Positions 37,853 to 52,221 of a stretch of DNA of 64,000 nucleotides are shown one piece after another. How positions within the stretch are numbered: position 1 is the stretch's first letter; every line of letters begins with the position of its first letter. A program made the translations under genes and the position numbers. The stretch spans positions 55,595 through 119,594 of the forward strand of contig JAQGDQ010000647.1 of assembly GCA_030141605.1 (NCBI GenBank), given 5' to 3'. The DNA is from Tubiluchus corallicola (lineage: Eukaryota; Animalia; Priapulida). The notes beneath the pieces were generated by a model. The model was not told the origin of the DNA. It did no database searches and was given only the letters and a program-made list of their open reading frames with translations.

Positions 37853-38353
37853 AGGTTATATTCCTAAGTTATATAATCATTTTTATTTAGTCATTCGTAC
37901 TTCCTATTTCAAAAGTTCATAATAAACCAACAATAAAAAAACAGACAAGATTTGATTAAAATGTGGTCACAACAAAACAAGTAATTATTCATTCACAATT
38001 AATTGATAATACAGACACTGCACAAGCTTGATAGTTTGATCCTCACATTACAAATATATCGTGTTAGTTAAGCTATCATCAATGTTTACTTACATATTAC
38101 CACTTACATGAATAGCATGTTATCAGAAATAGCACAATGCACTAAAGCACAATAATCACCTTATAAGGCATAACATAAATTCAAGTTAGGTGCAGCATAA
38201 TATAATTTAGCACTGTAGATACAGAGGGACTTGCTCTGTTAGCCAGTGAAGGTTAAGAGAGTCGTCCTCGTTGCTCATGTAGAGCGGTCTTATATAAACT
38301 TTTCCTTCATAAATTAATCTAAATACTGGGCTTCATGCAATGCATACTTGTAT

Positions 38354-38522
38354 NNNNNNNNNNNNNNNNNNNNNNNNNNNNNNNNNNNNNNNNNNNNNNN
38401 NNNNNNNNNNNNNNNNNNNNNNNNNNNNNNNNNNNNNNNNNNNNNNNNNNNNNNNNNNNNNNNNNNNNNNNNNNNNNNNNNNNNNNNNNNNNNNNNNNNN
38501 NNNNNNNNNNNNNNNNNNNNNN
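38354..38522. other. Assembly gap (169 N)
   Basis: N run. Confidence 1.
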
Positions 38523-39085
38523 CCGTCCGTCCGTCCATCCGTCCGTCCGTCCATCCATCCATCCATCGATCCATCCATCCATCCATCCATCCATCCATCT
38601 ATCCATGCATCCATCCACCCATCCATCCATCCAACCATCCATCCATCCATCCATCCATCCATGCATCCATCCACCCGACCATCCGTCCATCCATCCATCC
38701 GTCCGTCCGCCCGTCCGTCCGTCCGTCCGTCCGTCCGTGCGTCCATCCGTCCATCCGTCCATCCATCCATCCATCCATCCATCCATCCATCCGTCCGTCC
38801 GTCCGTCCGTCCGCCCGTCCGTCCGTCCATCCGTCCGTCCGTCCGTCCATCCGTCCGTCCGTCCATCCATCCATCCATCCATCCATCCATCCATCCATGC
38901 ACCCATCCATCCATCCATCCATGCATCCATCCATTCACCCATCCATCCATCCATCCATCCATCCATCCATCCATCCATCCATCCATGCATCCATCCACCC
39001 ATCCATGCATCCATCCATCCATCCATCCACCCATCCATGCATCCACCCATCCATGCATCCATCCATCCACCCACCCATCCATCTG
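38523..39085. repeat. (CCAT/CCGT)n microsatellite
   Basis: Seen directly. Confidence 0.95.
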
Positions 39086-39544
39086 CCTACCTATCTACCT
39101 ATTTGCAAGCTATTATTAGAACGCGAGGCCCGCGCAATTTGCAAACTATAATTAACTAGAAGCAAAGCCTTGAAGTTTATAATTTATTTCCGATGCGAAG
39201 CAAAGAGATTTTCAGTCACGGTTTACATCGCATTAAATCAAAAAGCTTATTAACCAATAATTAGTTTACTCAGCTCAGGAAATTTATAAGCAATTAGACA
39301 TTATACAAGCTGAACATAAACACTGTGAAACTATTACTTTAATACGTATTTTTTTCAGACACGAAGCTTGTTTATGAACCATTATACGTGCTAGACGCGC
39401 AGTGGGCAAATTCATGAAGAATAATTTTCCTGAAAGTTTATAACCCATCATTTGTTGTGATAGCAAATTCAGGCAAAACCAGGCCTGGATATTTACTTTA
39501 TCTGGTGTTAACTGGACTGTTGTAAACAAGTAATATGTCTGCAC

Positions 39545-40398
39545 GGAGTTTAGGCATATCTAAAAAGATTACTACATAAAGCGAACTAGATTAGTTAAAC
39601 CACAAACGATTCTTTACTTATACAAGGCTAAAAAGATTGGTATTGAAATTTTGTATCACTTACGTACTGCCATATTGCGTACGGGGCTTGCGTTAGCAAC
39701 AACGCTGTAGCAGGGAGTTTAGGCATATTTAAAAAGATTACTACATAAAGCGAACTAGATTAGTTAAAGCACAAACGATCACAACAACAAAAAAAAAAAC
39801 ACACACCCAACACCCACAACAACCACAAACAAAAAAAACACATAAGCGAACTAGATTAGTTAAACACAAAAACTCTTTACTTATACAACAAAAAAAAAAA
39901 CACACACCCAACACCCACAACAACCACAAACAAAAAAAACACAAACAACAAAAAACACAAAATCTTTACTTACACAAGGCTAAAAAGATTGGTATTGAAA
40001 TTTTGTATCACTTACGTACTGCCATATTGCGTACGGGGCTTGCGTTAGCAACAACGCTGTAGCAGGGAGTTTAGGCATATTTAAAAAGATTACTACATAA
40101 AGCGAACTAGATTAGTTAAAGCACAAACGATTCTTTACTTATACAAGGCTAAAAAGATTGGTATTGAAATTTTGTATCACTTACGTACTGCCATATTGCG
40201 TACGGGGCTTGCGTTAGCAACAACGCTGTAGCAGGGAGTTTAGGCATATTTAAAAAGATTACTACATAATGCGAACTAGATTAGTTAAAGCACAAAATAC
40301 TCTTTACTTATACAAGGCTAAAAAGATTGGTATTGAAATTTTGTATCACTTACGTACTGCCATATTGCGTACGGGGCTTGCGTTAGCAACAACGCTGT
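39545..40398. repeat. 169-bp tandem repeat, about 4 copies, interrupted by AC-rich noise
   Basis: GGAGTTTAGGCATAT starts at 39545, 39714, 40066, 40235. Confidence 0.85.
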
Positions 40399-41675
40399 AT
40401 AAAACCTCAACATATAAGATCTCGATATTTCCGTGCAGCCAGTTTAACACTAAATCGACAGAAAGAAGTTTAGGTAATACTGCGTAAAGTTTGAAAAAAG
40501 AATCAAAGTATTCGTAGCACACACCGTACTAACAAAGCAAAAGTTTAAATTACACTATATTGTCAAAAAGTTAAAAATTCGTTTTTTTTTTTGGTGAATC
40601 AGTGGTGCACACTGGGAAGGTGTGAACACTTTACCAAGCGGCAGGGACGTTTTAAATTTCTAAGAACTTTCTTTTCCAATTACGTAATACAATGTAATAT
40701 AACAATTTTGTGGAAAGTTTTTTGGGGCATACTTTAAAATTACCTATCCTTCTCCTTTAACCACAAATTTGACTTGAAGCCAGGGATCTTATGAACCACT
40801 GTCTTCAACATTTGCAAGCAGGAATTCATAAACCACTTGCTAGTTAGATGTGCCATTATACAACTACTTGCCATTATAGATACGAAGCGCCCTCTGCTCA
40901 CTGCAACACATAACTCAGCACTCTATGGCAGGCCTGATAAAAAATGCTGATTATATTAAGGGACAAGAAAGGGTACCGGTACCCAAAGTAAGTTTCAGAA
41001 AAATCGACTTAAAACTATACTACTTTATAGCAATTTGATGCATAAATATCGAACTCGCGTTAAAAGAATTTTTGTTTGTTCTCACTTTAAATTTTCCGTG
41101 ATACTGTACCGACGGCGCCATTACATGACGTCATATACGCACAACGTAAATAATCAGGGGAAGAAAAGGAAATGTTAAATTATGTCCCGTGCAAATCTAT
41201 ATTACTTAGCATTTCACTTACCAGCTGGAAAGACTTATGTAACTAGAAATAATAATTAAAATGTTCGTGTCAATTTGTAAAATGTCGCTGACTCACCCTC
41301 CAGGGTGCGCCACTCATTAACAGACAGAGCACTGCTTTTCTTCAGCCGATGAATGACGTCATCGGTGGAAGAATGCGGGTTCAAAATCGAAAGAACCCAG
41401 TGGGAAATGATCGCGACTTTAAAATAATTTTTTTACCAATTACACGAGGTGGTTATCACACTTTTATCACTAAATCCGCGAACACAGACATGAGCCCAAC
41501 TTCCCAGAAGGCTTGACCTTTCCTTTAATTCCTTTAAGACAAGAGAAGCATTATTACAAGCAATTACAGGGGAGTTACTGCGAAGGGATAGAAAGTGATA
41601 CAAGGCTTGAGCTCTCGGCTGCTGCCCCAGCTAAAAACCTGGGAATTTCACAGTGATTAAAGGCATCGGTAACAC

Positions 41676-42469
<794 letters not shown>

Positions 42470-42666
42470 GGTAACACTTGTCAAGCCTAAGGGGTTTTCA
42501 GTAATTACGAGAAAAATATGCAAGGCTGCATGATTACATACACGAGTTAGCAACAAACAGTGCCGCAGCTGCAGGTATGCATACGTGCCTAATAACAATT
42601 AACAACAGTAACAGACCAGCTATTGATCAACTCGTGTGGTATTTACTAATAACAGTAACAACCTAC

Positions 42667-42697
42667 CTTGCCGTTTGGACTGCTCTTCTTGAAAACT
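42667..42697 (-). CDS. ARRB: Beta-arrestin coding exon, 31 nt, (R)VFKKSSPNGK
   Basis: Minus strand ttttgtttcag|AGTTTTCAAGAAGAGCAGTCCAAACGGCAAG|gtaggt; conserved arrestin N-terminal VFKK motif; phase fits the next exon. Confidence 0.93.
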
Positions 42698-43043
42698 CTG
42701 AAACAAAATAGAAAATTCGTGTTCAAACACAGTTTATTGACCATACTTCACACAGTGCAAACAATAACAGCCTGGGTGAAGCCAAACTGTTTACTCGTTC
42801 CAGTTATCATACATACTGGCGGGTGTGAGTTGATGAATTCTGCATCCGCAATGATCACACATAGGATGAGGATGCAAACATTTGGATTTTTTCAGAGACT
42901 GCTAAAAAGATAGGGCACGATTTGGCTTTGAAGAAAAATTACATACAGATGATACGTGTGGTGAGATGGACACAGTTCCTGTAACCATTTCTGTAACCAA
43001 CCTTGAAACCTTTTGACGCCAGTTACTTGCAAAATAGGATTAA

Positions 43044-43765
43044 AGGAAAACTGGACGATTGTTTAGAGACAATCTCATGTTAATTTACTGTCCAAAATAT
43101 ACGTTTTCTTGCCTATAAAAGCTAACAATTGTTCCTTATATTTGAATAATTAGCTCAGAAAGTTAATTAACTGCAACCGAACACAGCTATCGCTTACGTC
43201 ACAAACTAACCATAGTCTGTGCAATGGCAGGCGTCTTCCCTTGCGCGTCAAGCACGTTTGCGTAAGCGTTACTGCTTAGTTTAGTTTAAACATAATTTAT
43301 TTAGGATTAGATCAGACAGTTTGTACAACATGATTTAAGATCCTCACCACAACAGACTTTATACACTATTTACAAGAACATTTACAGTAAGAATACACTA
43401 TACTTAGTTTTTAGTATACTTTAGTATACTACAGTTTTACTACAGTGATACTGCTTAAACGCGTGATGTCACGAAAATGGGATCTACGTCATATGACGTC
43501 AGAAACTAACACTGCAGTTCATGATCATCGTTATCACGGTGCCGCCTTCTATTTGTCGGCCACGCGCACGTGACAAAAAGGCGCCGCAGCCAATCTTATT
43601 AGATTCCCTGAGCCACGCGTAGCTTTGAAAGTTTAACAAAATTTGAGTATCCGAGGTAATTATTATTTAATCTAAGCTTTGATTTGAAATAAGCTATTGT
43701 AGTTTTCAATATTTCAGAGCATTCTTTATTCTGAACTCATGTTTACACAACCATCCGGTTTTCCT
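43044..43765. mobile_element. Family B copy with an insertion of about 170 bp (43279-43448)
   Basis: TTAA at both ends; insert flanked by TACTGCTTA direct repeats. Confidence 0.8.
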
Positions 43766-44021
43766 TTAAAGACAGCCTTGATAAAGATAGCTTTATCAAA
43801 TTACTTCCGGTATGCAGTTACCAAGAACGCTTGAATTATCGAGTGCTTGTTTGCCACATTGTTTAGGCTTGGTAGTTTATCGAGCAAATGATGATGATAA
43901 TGATTAATCTTTTATTTTAAAATACATGTAAAGGTAAATAGCCGTCTAGTTGCAGGTAAGTATAGCTTAATTGTAAGTACACACACATATACACTTTGAT
44001 ACATTAATGATACAATGTTAA

Positions 44022-44629
44022 AGGAAGATAAGATGATTCTCACATACCATTTTCAAGTACAGTAAAAAGTATTCATTTCACCACAAACAATTAATACAGC
44101 AAAGGCGTTTCTGATAATTAAATAATAGATTAAGATCTTGATTAATGGCGAACGAGCCCAACTATTGATGACATCACAAACTAACATAATTTTCAACAGC
44201 AATAATATTCCACGAGCGTGTTACACGTGTTTGCAAAAGCGAAAATTGCAGTACAGTGCTACGGTAAGATATTCAGTGTGTTGTACTAGGCAAGCTTTAA
44301 AATGAAAATTCAAATTTACCCCGCTGCACTCACGCATGAGCTGTCGAACGTGTGCAGTTCGTCACAAACTAACACATCTGAACTGACAGGTACAGCACCT
44401 GTTTTTTGTGAAACGCGTTTTCGAAATACAGGTGTTAGTGCCCACCTAATTAGCGAATGGCGAAATGCACGTAACAGCAAAGAACTAGAGGCGCGAACGT
44501 GAAATTGTGTTTGTGTAGTAACAATTCTTTCACGTAAGTCATTTTTGAAAAAATAGTATATTTCCTTTGAAATTTTTTAAAGAGTAGATTGTTTTCACCT
44601 ACAGTTTAAGATTGGATCTGGTTTTGGTT
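44022..44629. mobile_element. Family C copy
   Basis: Colinear with 24907-25509. Confidence 0.75.
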
Positions 44630-44919
44630 TACATATATGTATAGCTAATACGACGTTACAAAGATTGTCAAAAATTATAACCAGAAAAATATATTTGCCT
44701 TTATTAAAATAATTACGCATTTTGTCATAGCGTTAATTAACCCAGAACTGATAGTCATCATAATGATTACGGAGAATATTTGCATCTCTGTCAGCACACC
44801 TATGCCTAGTTTGTATACCAACAGAGGTACAAAGTCTATGGAAACTCGCTTGAGCTGTTTGCGTTACACAATCTTTTGTGGCAGCCAATCGATTCCATCA
44901 CACAGTTTACAGAAGTCTC

Positions 44920-45553
44920 AACCATGTTGAACCATGTTAAATCATGTTGAACCATGTTGTACCATGTTGAACCATGCTGGACCATGCTGGACCATGTTGA
45001 ACCATGTTGTACCATGTTGAACCATGTTGAACCATGTTGAACCATGTTGAACCATGTGGAACCATGCTGAACCATGTTAAACCATGTTGAACCATGTTGT
45101 ACCATGTTGAACCATGACGAACCATGCTGGACCATGTTGAACTATGCTGAACCATGCTGAACCATGTTGAACTATGCTGAACCATGTGTTGAACCATGTT
45201 GAACTATGCTGAACCATTCTGAACCATGTTGGACCATGTTAAACCATGTTGAACCATGACGAACCATGCTGGACCATGTTGAACTATGCTGAACCATGCT
45301 GAACCATGTTGAACTATGCTGAACCATGTGTTGAACCATGTTGAACTATGCTGAACCATTCTGAACCATGTTGGACCATGTTAAACCATGTTGAACCATG
45401 ATGAACCATGCTGGACCATGCTAAACCACGTTGAACCATGCTGAACCATGTTGAACTATGCTGAACCATGTTGAACTATGCTGAACCATGCTGAACCATG
45501 TTGAACTATGCTGAACCATGTTGAACTATGCTGAACCATGCCGAACCATGTTG
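44920..45553. repeat. 10-bp minisatellite (AACCATGTTG)n
   Basis: Seen directly. Confidence 0.95.
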
Positions 45554-46061
45554 GAGTTTAGGCGATCCTTTCCAGAATCAAAAACGGACCCCAGTCGAGA
45601 CACCGAAAAGCGCAGAATTTCATTTTTCACAAATATGACAAATCGCACGTGATGTCTGAAGCAAATCAGGCCTTAAGCGCATATGAGACAACCAGGGGAC
45701 GTTTTCTAATCATAAATTTCTAACAAAATTCGTAGAGGAAAGTGAGAATGATATCATAAAGGCGTGGAAGAGATTTTTGACGATATAAAAAAGATGCCCT
45801 TAAGAAACTTCGCAAATATAGAAAAACTAAACAAAGTTGTACAATACACAATAACCTGCTCACCAATACTAATAAAAGAGCCTTGAAAAATTTACGAAGT
45901 TTAGAAAAAGCAGACACGAATTACATATTGAAGCGGCCCGATGCAATAAACCAAAGAAATCTCTGCCGATGAACGCCTCTGTGACAATTCCTCTACGAGA
46001 GAGAAATAGAAAACCAAATACACCTCGTTATGCCCTCGACGCCCTCTTTAGAGTTTCTTAA

Positions 46062-46735
46062 AGCACAAGAAAACCCTCCACTTACATAAAGCTTAAAAAA
46101 TTCCGTCTCGAAATTTTATACCACTTACCTACTACCTTTTCGTATGCAGGGCTTGCGTCGGCAGTCACGCTGTATAAAACGTGTAAATTTAAACTCCCGC
46201 GATGACCGTTAGGCGCAGCCATTTTAATGGTAGGTTGTTTGAAACAAGTTTTGATAACATTAAGTAAAGTTTGAAAACATAATCAGAGGATTTGTAGCAT
46301 ACATGTTGCTAATTAAGTAGAATTTTAAATTGCAGTATCTTGTCAATAAGATTAAAAATACGTTTTTGGTTAGTGAGTGGCGCACCCTGGACGGTGAGTC
46401 AGCGACATTTTACCAATTGGCACAAACATTTTAAATTATTATTTCTACTTACACAAGTCTTTCAAGCAGGTAAGTGAAATGCTAAGTAATATAGATTTGC
46501 ACGGAAAGTTTTTGGGACATAATTTAACATTTCCTTTTCTTCACCTGATTTACGTTGTGCGTAAATGACGTCATGTAATGGCGCCGTTAAGCAGCATTGC
46601 GAGAGATTTAAAATGAAAACAAACGAAAATTCCTTTCAACGCGAATACGATATACGCATAAAATTGCTGTAAAGTAATATAATATTTTAACGCAATTTTT
46701 CGGACACCTACTTCAGGTGTCCCTTTTCTTGTCCT
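46062..46735. mobile_element. TTAA-flanked Kolobok-like family A, full-length copy
   Basis: TTAA|AGCACAAGAAAA...TTTTCTTGTCCT|TTAA. Confidence 0.8.
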
Positions 46736-47510
46736 TTAAGAAATAAACTACTATGACGTTGTTGATATAATACTATAAACGACTCTCAGTTATCTAGATA
46801 TTCAATAGTCTAGCAGGCGAAGAAAAATTTAAGTCTTTGACAGAATGTTACGACATGGACATTATAAGAACACTTGCTAAATTTGTGGACGAAGCTTTTA
46901 CGTTGCGAGATAAGTTCAGGAGTAGTAACACAGTCCGCTATACGACATCAGAACTAAGTATCGTTTATATACATATTCGTCTACAATGTCTAAAATTAGT
47001 ATCATAAACTACTGACTTCCATATAAAATAAAGCTTACTTCTCATTCCCGTTTTTGTTTAGCGACACTAGCGACCCTAATTTTTGATTTTAATTTTCTGT
47101 GTCGTACTCATTACCTGTTCATACTTCTAAGTAGAAAATACGTTGTCCTTGTTGTTTACTGTAATTGTCACAATTGTGCTGCATTGTGTTTGGCAATGAA
47201 GAAATAAACATGTGTGACAATGTTACGAATCGATGACAAATGTCACGTCTTAAACAAATGAACCAATCAACTCATCAATCATCCATACAACCAATCAACC
47301 GCGACCAAACTGAGTCAGGCTATACAGGGCAAGTTTAGCCAGTCAGTTCCTATCACTATCAATACGCGCGCACTTCTACCAGTCCTGATCAATCGATTGC
47401 CAAATCCACTAGACAGCTAATTAATCAACATTTGAAGCCGCCAATTGTCTGGATAGCCTACAAGATGTTTGCCTGCGGGAAAGTATTCCAGAGAATAAAC
47501 TGGTAGTTAA

Positions 47511-48180
47511 AGGAAAAGACAATTGTCACCTGAAGTAGGTTTCAGAAAAATCGCCTTAAAATTTATACTACTTTATAGCAATTTTATGCACATATCGTAT
47601 TCGCGTTGAAAGGAATTTTTGTTTGCTTTCACTTTAAATTTCCCGCAGTACTGTTCCGACGGCACCATTACATGACGTCACTACGCCATGTAAATCAGGG
47701 GAAGAAAAGAAATGTTAAATTATGTCCCAAAAAACTTTCCGTGCAAATCTATATTACTTAGCAGTTTGCTTACCTGCTGGAAAGACTGCAACTGAAGTAA
47801 TATTTAAAATGTTTGTGCCAATTGGTAAAACGTTACTAACTCACCCTCCAGGGTGCGCCACTCACTAACTAAAAACGTATTTTTAACTTTATTGACAAGA
47901 TACAGTAATTTAAAATGTTACTTTATTAGCAACATGTGCACTACGAATGCTCTGATTATTTTTTGAAACTTTACTCAATGTTATCAAAACTTGTTTCAAA
48001 CGACCTACCATTAAAATGGCTGCGCCCAACGGTCATTGCGGGAAATTAGATTTACAAGTTTCATTACACAGCGTTACTACCGACGCAAGCCATGCATGCG
48101 AAAAGGTTTAGTACGTAAGCGGTATAAAATTTCGAGACGAATTTTTAGGCTTTATATAAGTGGAGGGTTTTTCTTGTGCT
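47511..48180. mobile_element. Family A full-length copy, inverted relative to 46062
   Basis: Reverse complement of 46062-46735; starts TTAA|AGG. Confidence 0.8.
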
Positions 48181-49000
48181 TTAGAGCAAAACGCGAAATA
48201 ATCTTAAGCAAACTACTCTTTAAAATATTGAAAAGAAACATACCAGTTTTTCAAAAATGACTTACGTTCATGTTAATTACGTAAATGACTTACTGTTGTA
48301 TAACATTGCTGCCTATAATACTACTTACCTCTCATTTTGCTAAAAGTTTTTTTAACATGCATTTACGTGACGTCACTGATGTAGCAGTAAAGAACATGAC
48401 TTGTTATGCACTAATTTCTTACATCTACCCTGTGATTTGTAATCTTATTATAATTTGGTCAATAAATACTGTTAATACACACTGTTAATTTTTAATTACT
48501 AATCCGACATTAGCAATTAACAAAAGTTTTCAAAATACAACAAAACTGCCTAGTCAGAGATCATTGTAGCTGACTTAATTACTACATACAGCCTAGAAAA
48601 AGGCTAATGTTGTTACGTAATGTCATGTGTAGGGTGTTGTGTGGCTTAGCAGAACGGTAATTTTGGGAGAAACAGTGACGTTTCTCTAAATGTTGATCGT
48701 ATTATTGTGAAAACCTCTAGTGTTCTGTATCTTTCATAATCTTTGCATGTTTTAAGGATGGAGCTGAATGTTTAGTGACTGTCGTGTTACGAGTAACTAA
48801 TGCATAGAAGAGAGTTAATCTGCTGCAGTACCACAAATCAAACTCAGGGTGATTCTTAAAGAAACTTCGCTTATCATTATCCCATCATGTCGAAATAGGA
48901 AAGTCAGACTCAGAAAGGCAAAATGCGTGCATAATTTGTGGCTTCATCCACTAAACAAATGATCAAAACATTAAAAGGGTGGGGTACCAGAAGTTTTTTT

Positions 49001-50427
49001 ACCCCCGGGAGACCCAAGCACTTGCTACGTCACTGGTGGTTATTACGCATTCGGATTTTTTTCAGCTGTCCAGTCACTGACCCCCGGGAGACCCAAGCAC
49101 TTGCTACGTCACTGGTGGTTGTTACGCATTCGGATTTTTTTTCAGCTGTCCTGATACTGACCCCCGGGAGACCCAAGCAATTGCTACGTCACTGGTGGTT
49201 GTTACGCATTCGGACTTTTTTCAGCTGTCCAGTCACTGACGCACGAGCGACCCAAGCACTTGCTACGTCACTGGTGGTTATTACGCATTCGGATTTTTTT
49301 CAGCTGTCCAGTCACTGACGCCCGGGAGACCCAAGCACTTGCTACGTCACTGGTGGTTGTTACGCATTCGGACTTTTTTCAGCTGTCCAGTCACTGACGC
49401 CCGGGAGACCCAAGCACTTGCTACGTCACTGGTGGTTATTACGCATTCGGATTTTTTTCAGCTGTCCAGTCACTGACGCCCGGGAGACCCAAGCACTTGC
49501 TACGTCACTGGTGGTTATTACGCATTCGGATTTTTTTCAGCTGTCCAGTCACTGACGCCCGGGAGACCCAAGCACTTGCTACGTCACTGGTGGTTATTAC
49601 GCATTCGGATTTTTTTCAGCTGTCCAGTCACTGACGCCCGGGAGACCCAAGCACTTGCTACGTCACTGGTGGTTATTACGCATTCGGATTTTTTTCAGCT
49701 GTCCAGTCACTGACGCCCGGGAGACCCAAGCACTTGCTACGTCACTGGTGGTTATTACGCATTCGGATTTTTTTCAGCTGTCCAGTCACTGACGCCCGGG
49801 AGACCCAAGCACTTGCTACGTCACTGGTGGTTATTACGCATTCGGATTTTTTTCAGCTGTCCAGTCACTGACGCCCGGGAGACCCAAGCACTTGCTACGT
49901 CACTGGTGGTTATTACGCATTCGGATTTTTTTCAGCTGTCCAGTCACTGACGCCCGGGAGACCCAAGCACTTGCTACGTCACTGGTGGTTATTACGCATT
50001 CGGATTTTTTTCAGCTGTCCTGTCACTGACGCCCGGGAGACCCAAGCACTTGCTACGTCACTGGTGGTTATTACGCATTCGGATTTTTTTCAGCTGTCCT
50101 GTCACTGACCCCCGGGTGACCCAAGCACTTGCTACGTCACTGGTGGTTATTACGCATTCGGATTTTCTTCACCTGTCCAGTCACTGACCCCCGGGTGACC
50201 CAAGCACTTGCTACATCACTGGTGGTTATTACGCATTCGGATTTTTTTCAGCTGCCCTGTCACTGACCCCCGGGAGACCCAAGCACTTGCTACGTCACTG
50301 GTGGTTATTACGCATTCGGATTTTTTTCAGCCGTCCAGTCACTGACGCACGACCCAAGCACTTGCTACGTCACTGGTGGTTATTACGCATTCGGATTTTT
50401 TCTTCAGCTGTCCAGTCACTGACGCAC
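49001..50427. repeat. 79-bp tandem repeat, about 18 copies
   Basis: GACCCAAGCACTTGCTACGTCACTGGTGGTTATTACGCATTCGGATTTTTTTCAGCTGTCCAGTCACTGACGCCCGGGA. Confidence 0.95.
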
Positions 50428-50940
50428 GAGTCTCACGAATCCATTTTTCAACCAGCAGATAAATCATTCAGCTGCTCAATCAATGGGCACGATAATGCTG
50501 AGCTTATGCTCTCTCGGAGGCTGCAGTATGAAATTCGCTGCATCCGGCTAAATGGATTGTAAAACTTCGCTGAGCAGTTAAACATTTGCGAAAAGACATT
50601 TCTCCTCTCACTAGAGGGAAGCCAGATTATCATAGCAACGAGATTTATTTCCACGTTTCTCCATCAAATTACATAAAATTAACCTCGTGCGAGTCGTAAA
50701 CGCAGCAGTGATGATTTTGTTGTGTAGCCATCAAGTAGAACTAGCGCACGAAAATACTTTTAAACTTGCTGTGTGATTTAAATATGTGCTGATAACGTTA
50801 TTTCACGAACTTGGCTTCAAAACCGACAATAAAAATACTTCTCCGTCTGGGTAATATTGTTATCGTACACCAGCCCGGGAATTTAATAATTTTGTTGTAC
50901 TTTCATATACTTTCCTATTAAAGTGTAAATATTTTAATTT

Positions 50941-51335
50941 AAAGGGGAGACAGAGGAGAAGTAGGAACAGAAAGTGGGGAAGGAGGGAGAAAAGGAGAGA
51001 GAGGGGGAGGAGGGAGAAAAGGAAAGAAAGAGGGGGAGAGGGAGAGCCAAAACAGACAGAAAGAGAGAAACAGGGAGAGGGAGAGAGAGAGAGAGAGAAA
51101 AGCACAGACAGAGAGAGAGAGAAGGGGAGGCAGAGGAAGACAGAGAGAGAACGAAAGAGAGACAGAGAGGGAAAGAGGGAAAGAGAGAAAGAGAGAGGGG
51201 GAGAAAGAGAGAGGGGGAGAGGTAGTGAGGGGCACGGAAGCAGAGAGAGAGGGGGGAGGAGGGGGAGAGAAAGAGACAGAGAGAGGGGGAGGAGGAGTGA
51301 GAAAGAGAGGGAGCATTAGGGGAAGAGGGAGAAGA

Positions 51336-51416
<81 letters not shown>

Positions 51417-51431
51417 GAGAGAGAAAGAGGA

Positions 51432-51464
<33 letters not shown>

Positions 51465-51480
51465 GGAGAGAAAGAGGGAC
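50941..51480. repeat. Polypurine/(GA)n tract
   Basis: Seen directly. Confidence 0.9.
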
Positions 51481-52221
51481 GAGATGCAGGCACGTAGTCG
51501 CAGGAATAACTTGTATAGGTATATCAAAATTTCGTGTAACCCACACAGAAAGCTAACCAAAAATACAGCTTATGCAAACACAAAATACAACACATATGCC
51601 ACTACATACTAGAACGTGCATGTGCATGTGCGATATGTTCAATACGTGCAAACAAACTACATGATGTAGTAGTGATGTAGTTTGTGCAAGGGAAAAAATC
51701 AAACAGTCGCAGCCACTTAATTGTTCCTGCAAACATGAAAACAAATCCTAATCTGGCACATCTGCAAACAGATATACAAATGCTCTTGTGGCCGGAAGTC
51801 ATCCAATTATAAGAGCAATCAGATTTTGCGTTTAGTTTTGTTCTAAGCAAACTTCTCTGAAACGTGACTACTGGGCAAACAGACAAACACACAAACGCTT
51901 TCTCAGAAGACAATTCCACGGCCAAGAAATTGCCGTGAGTTCGATAAACAAATTCATTTTACGTTTAATAAGTACAGATTGCTACTGACACAAATCGTTA
52001 TGCTGATGTTGCACGCGGATAAAATATGATATTGATTGCGATATTCAATTACAGTATGTATAGTTAAGCATGCAACATCTTATAGAAGCCTGTAAGCTTG
52101 TGGAAGTTGCCTGATAATCAGAATCGCTTGACTAATTTCTAACATTTAAGAAGCTTTTATTGAAAATGTTTAAAATATTAGAATGTTGGCTTAGTAAATG
52201 CCAGTAATGTGGGTAATTTAA

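Noticed and set aside
38314-39159. ORFs spanning the gap, and (GA)n- or tetramer-derived ORFs at 41.8-42.5, 51, 57 and 59.5 kb
   Set aside because: Microsatellite and N-run artefacts.
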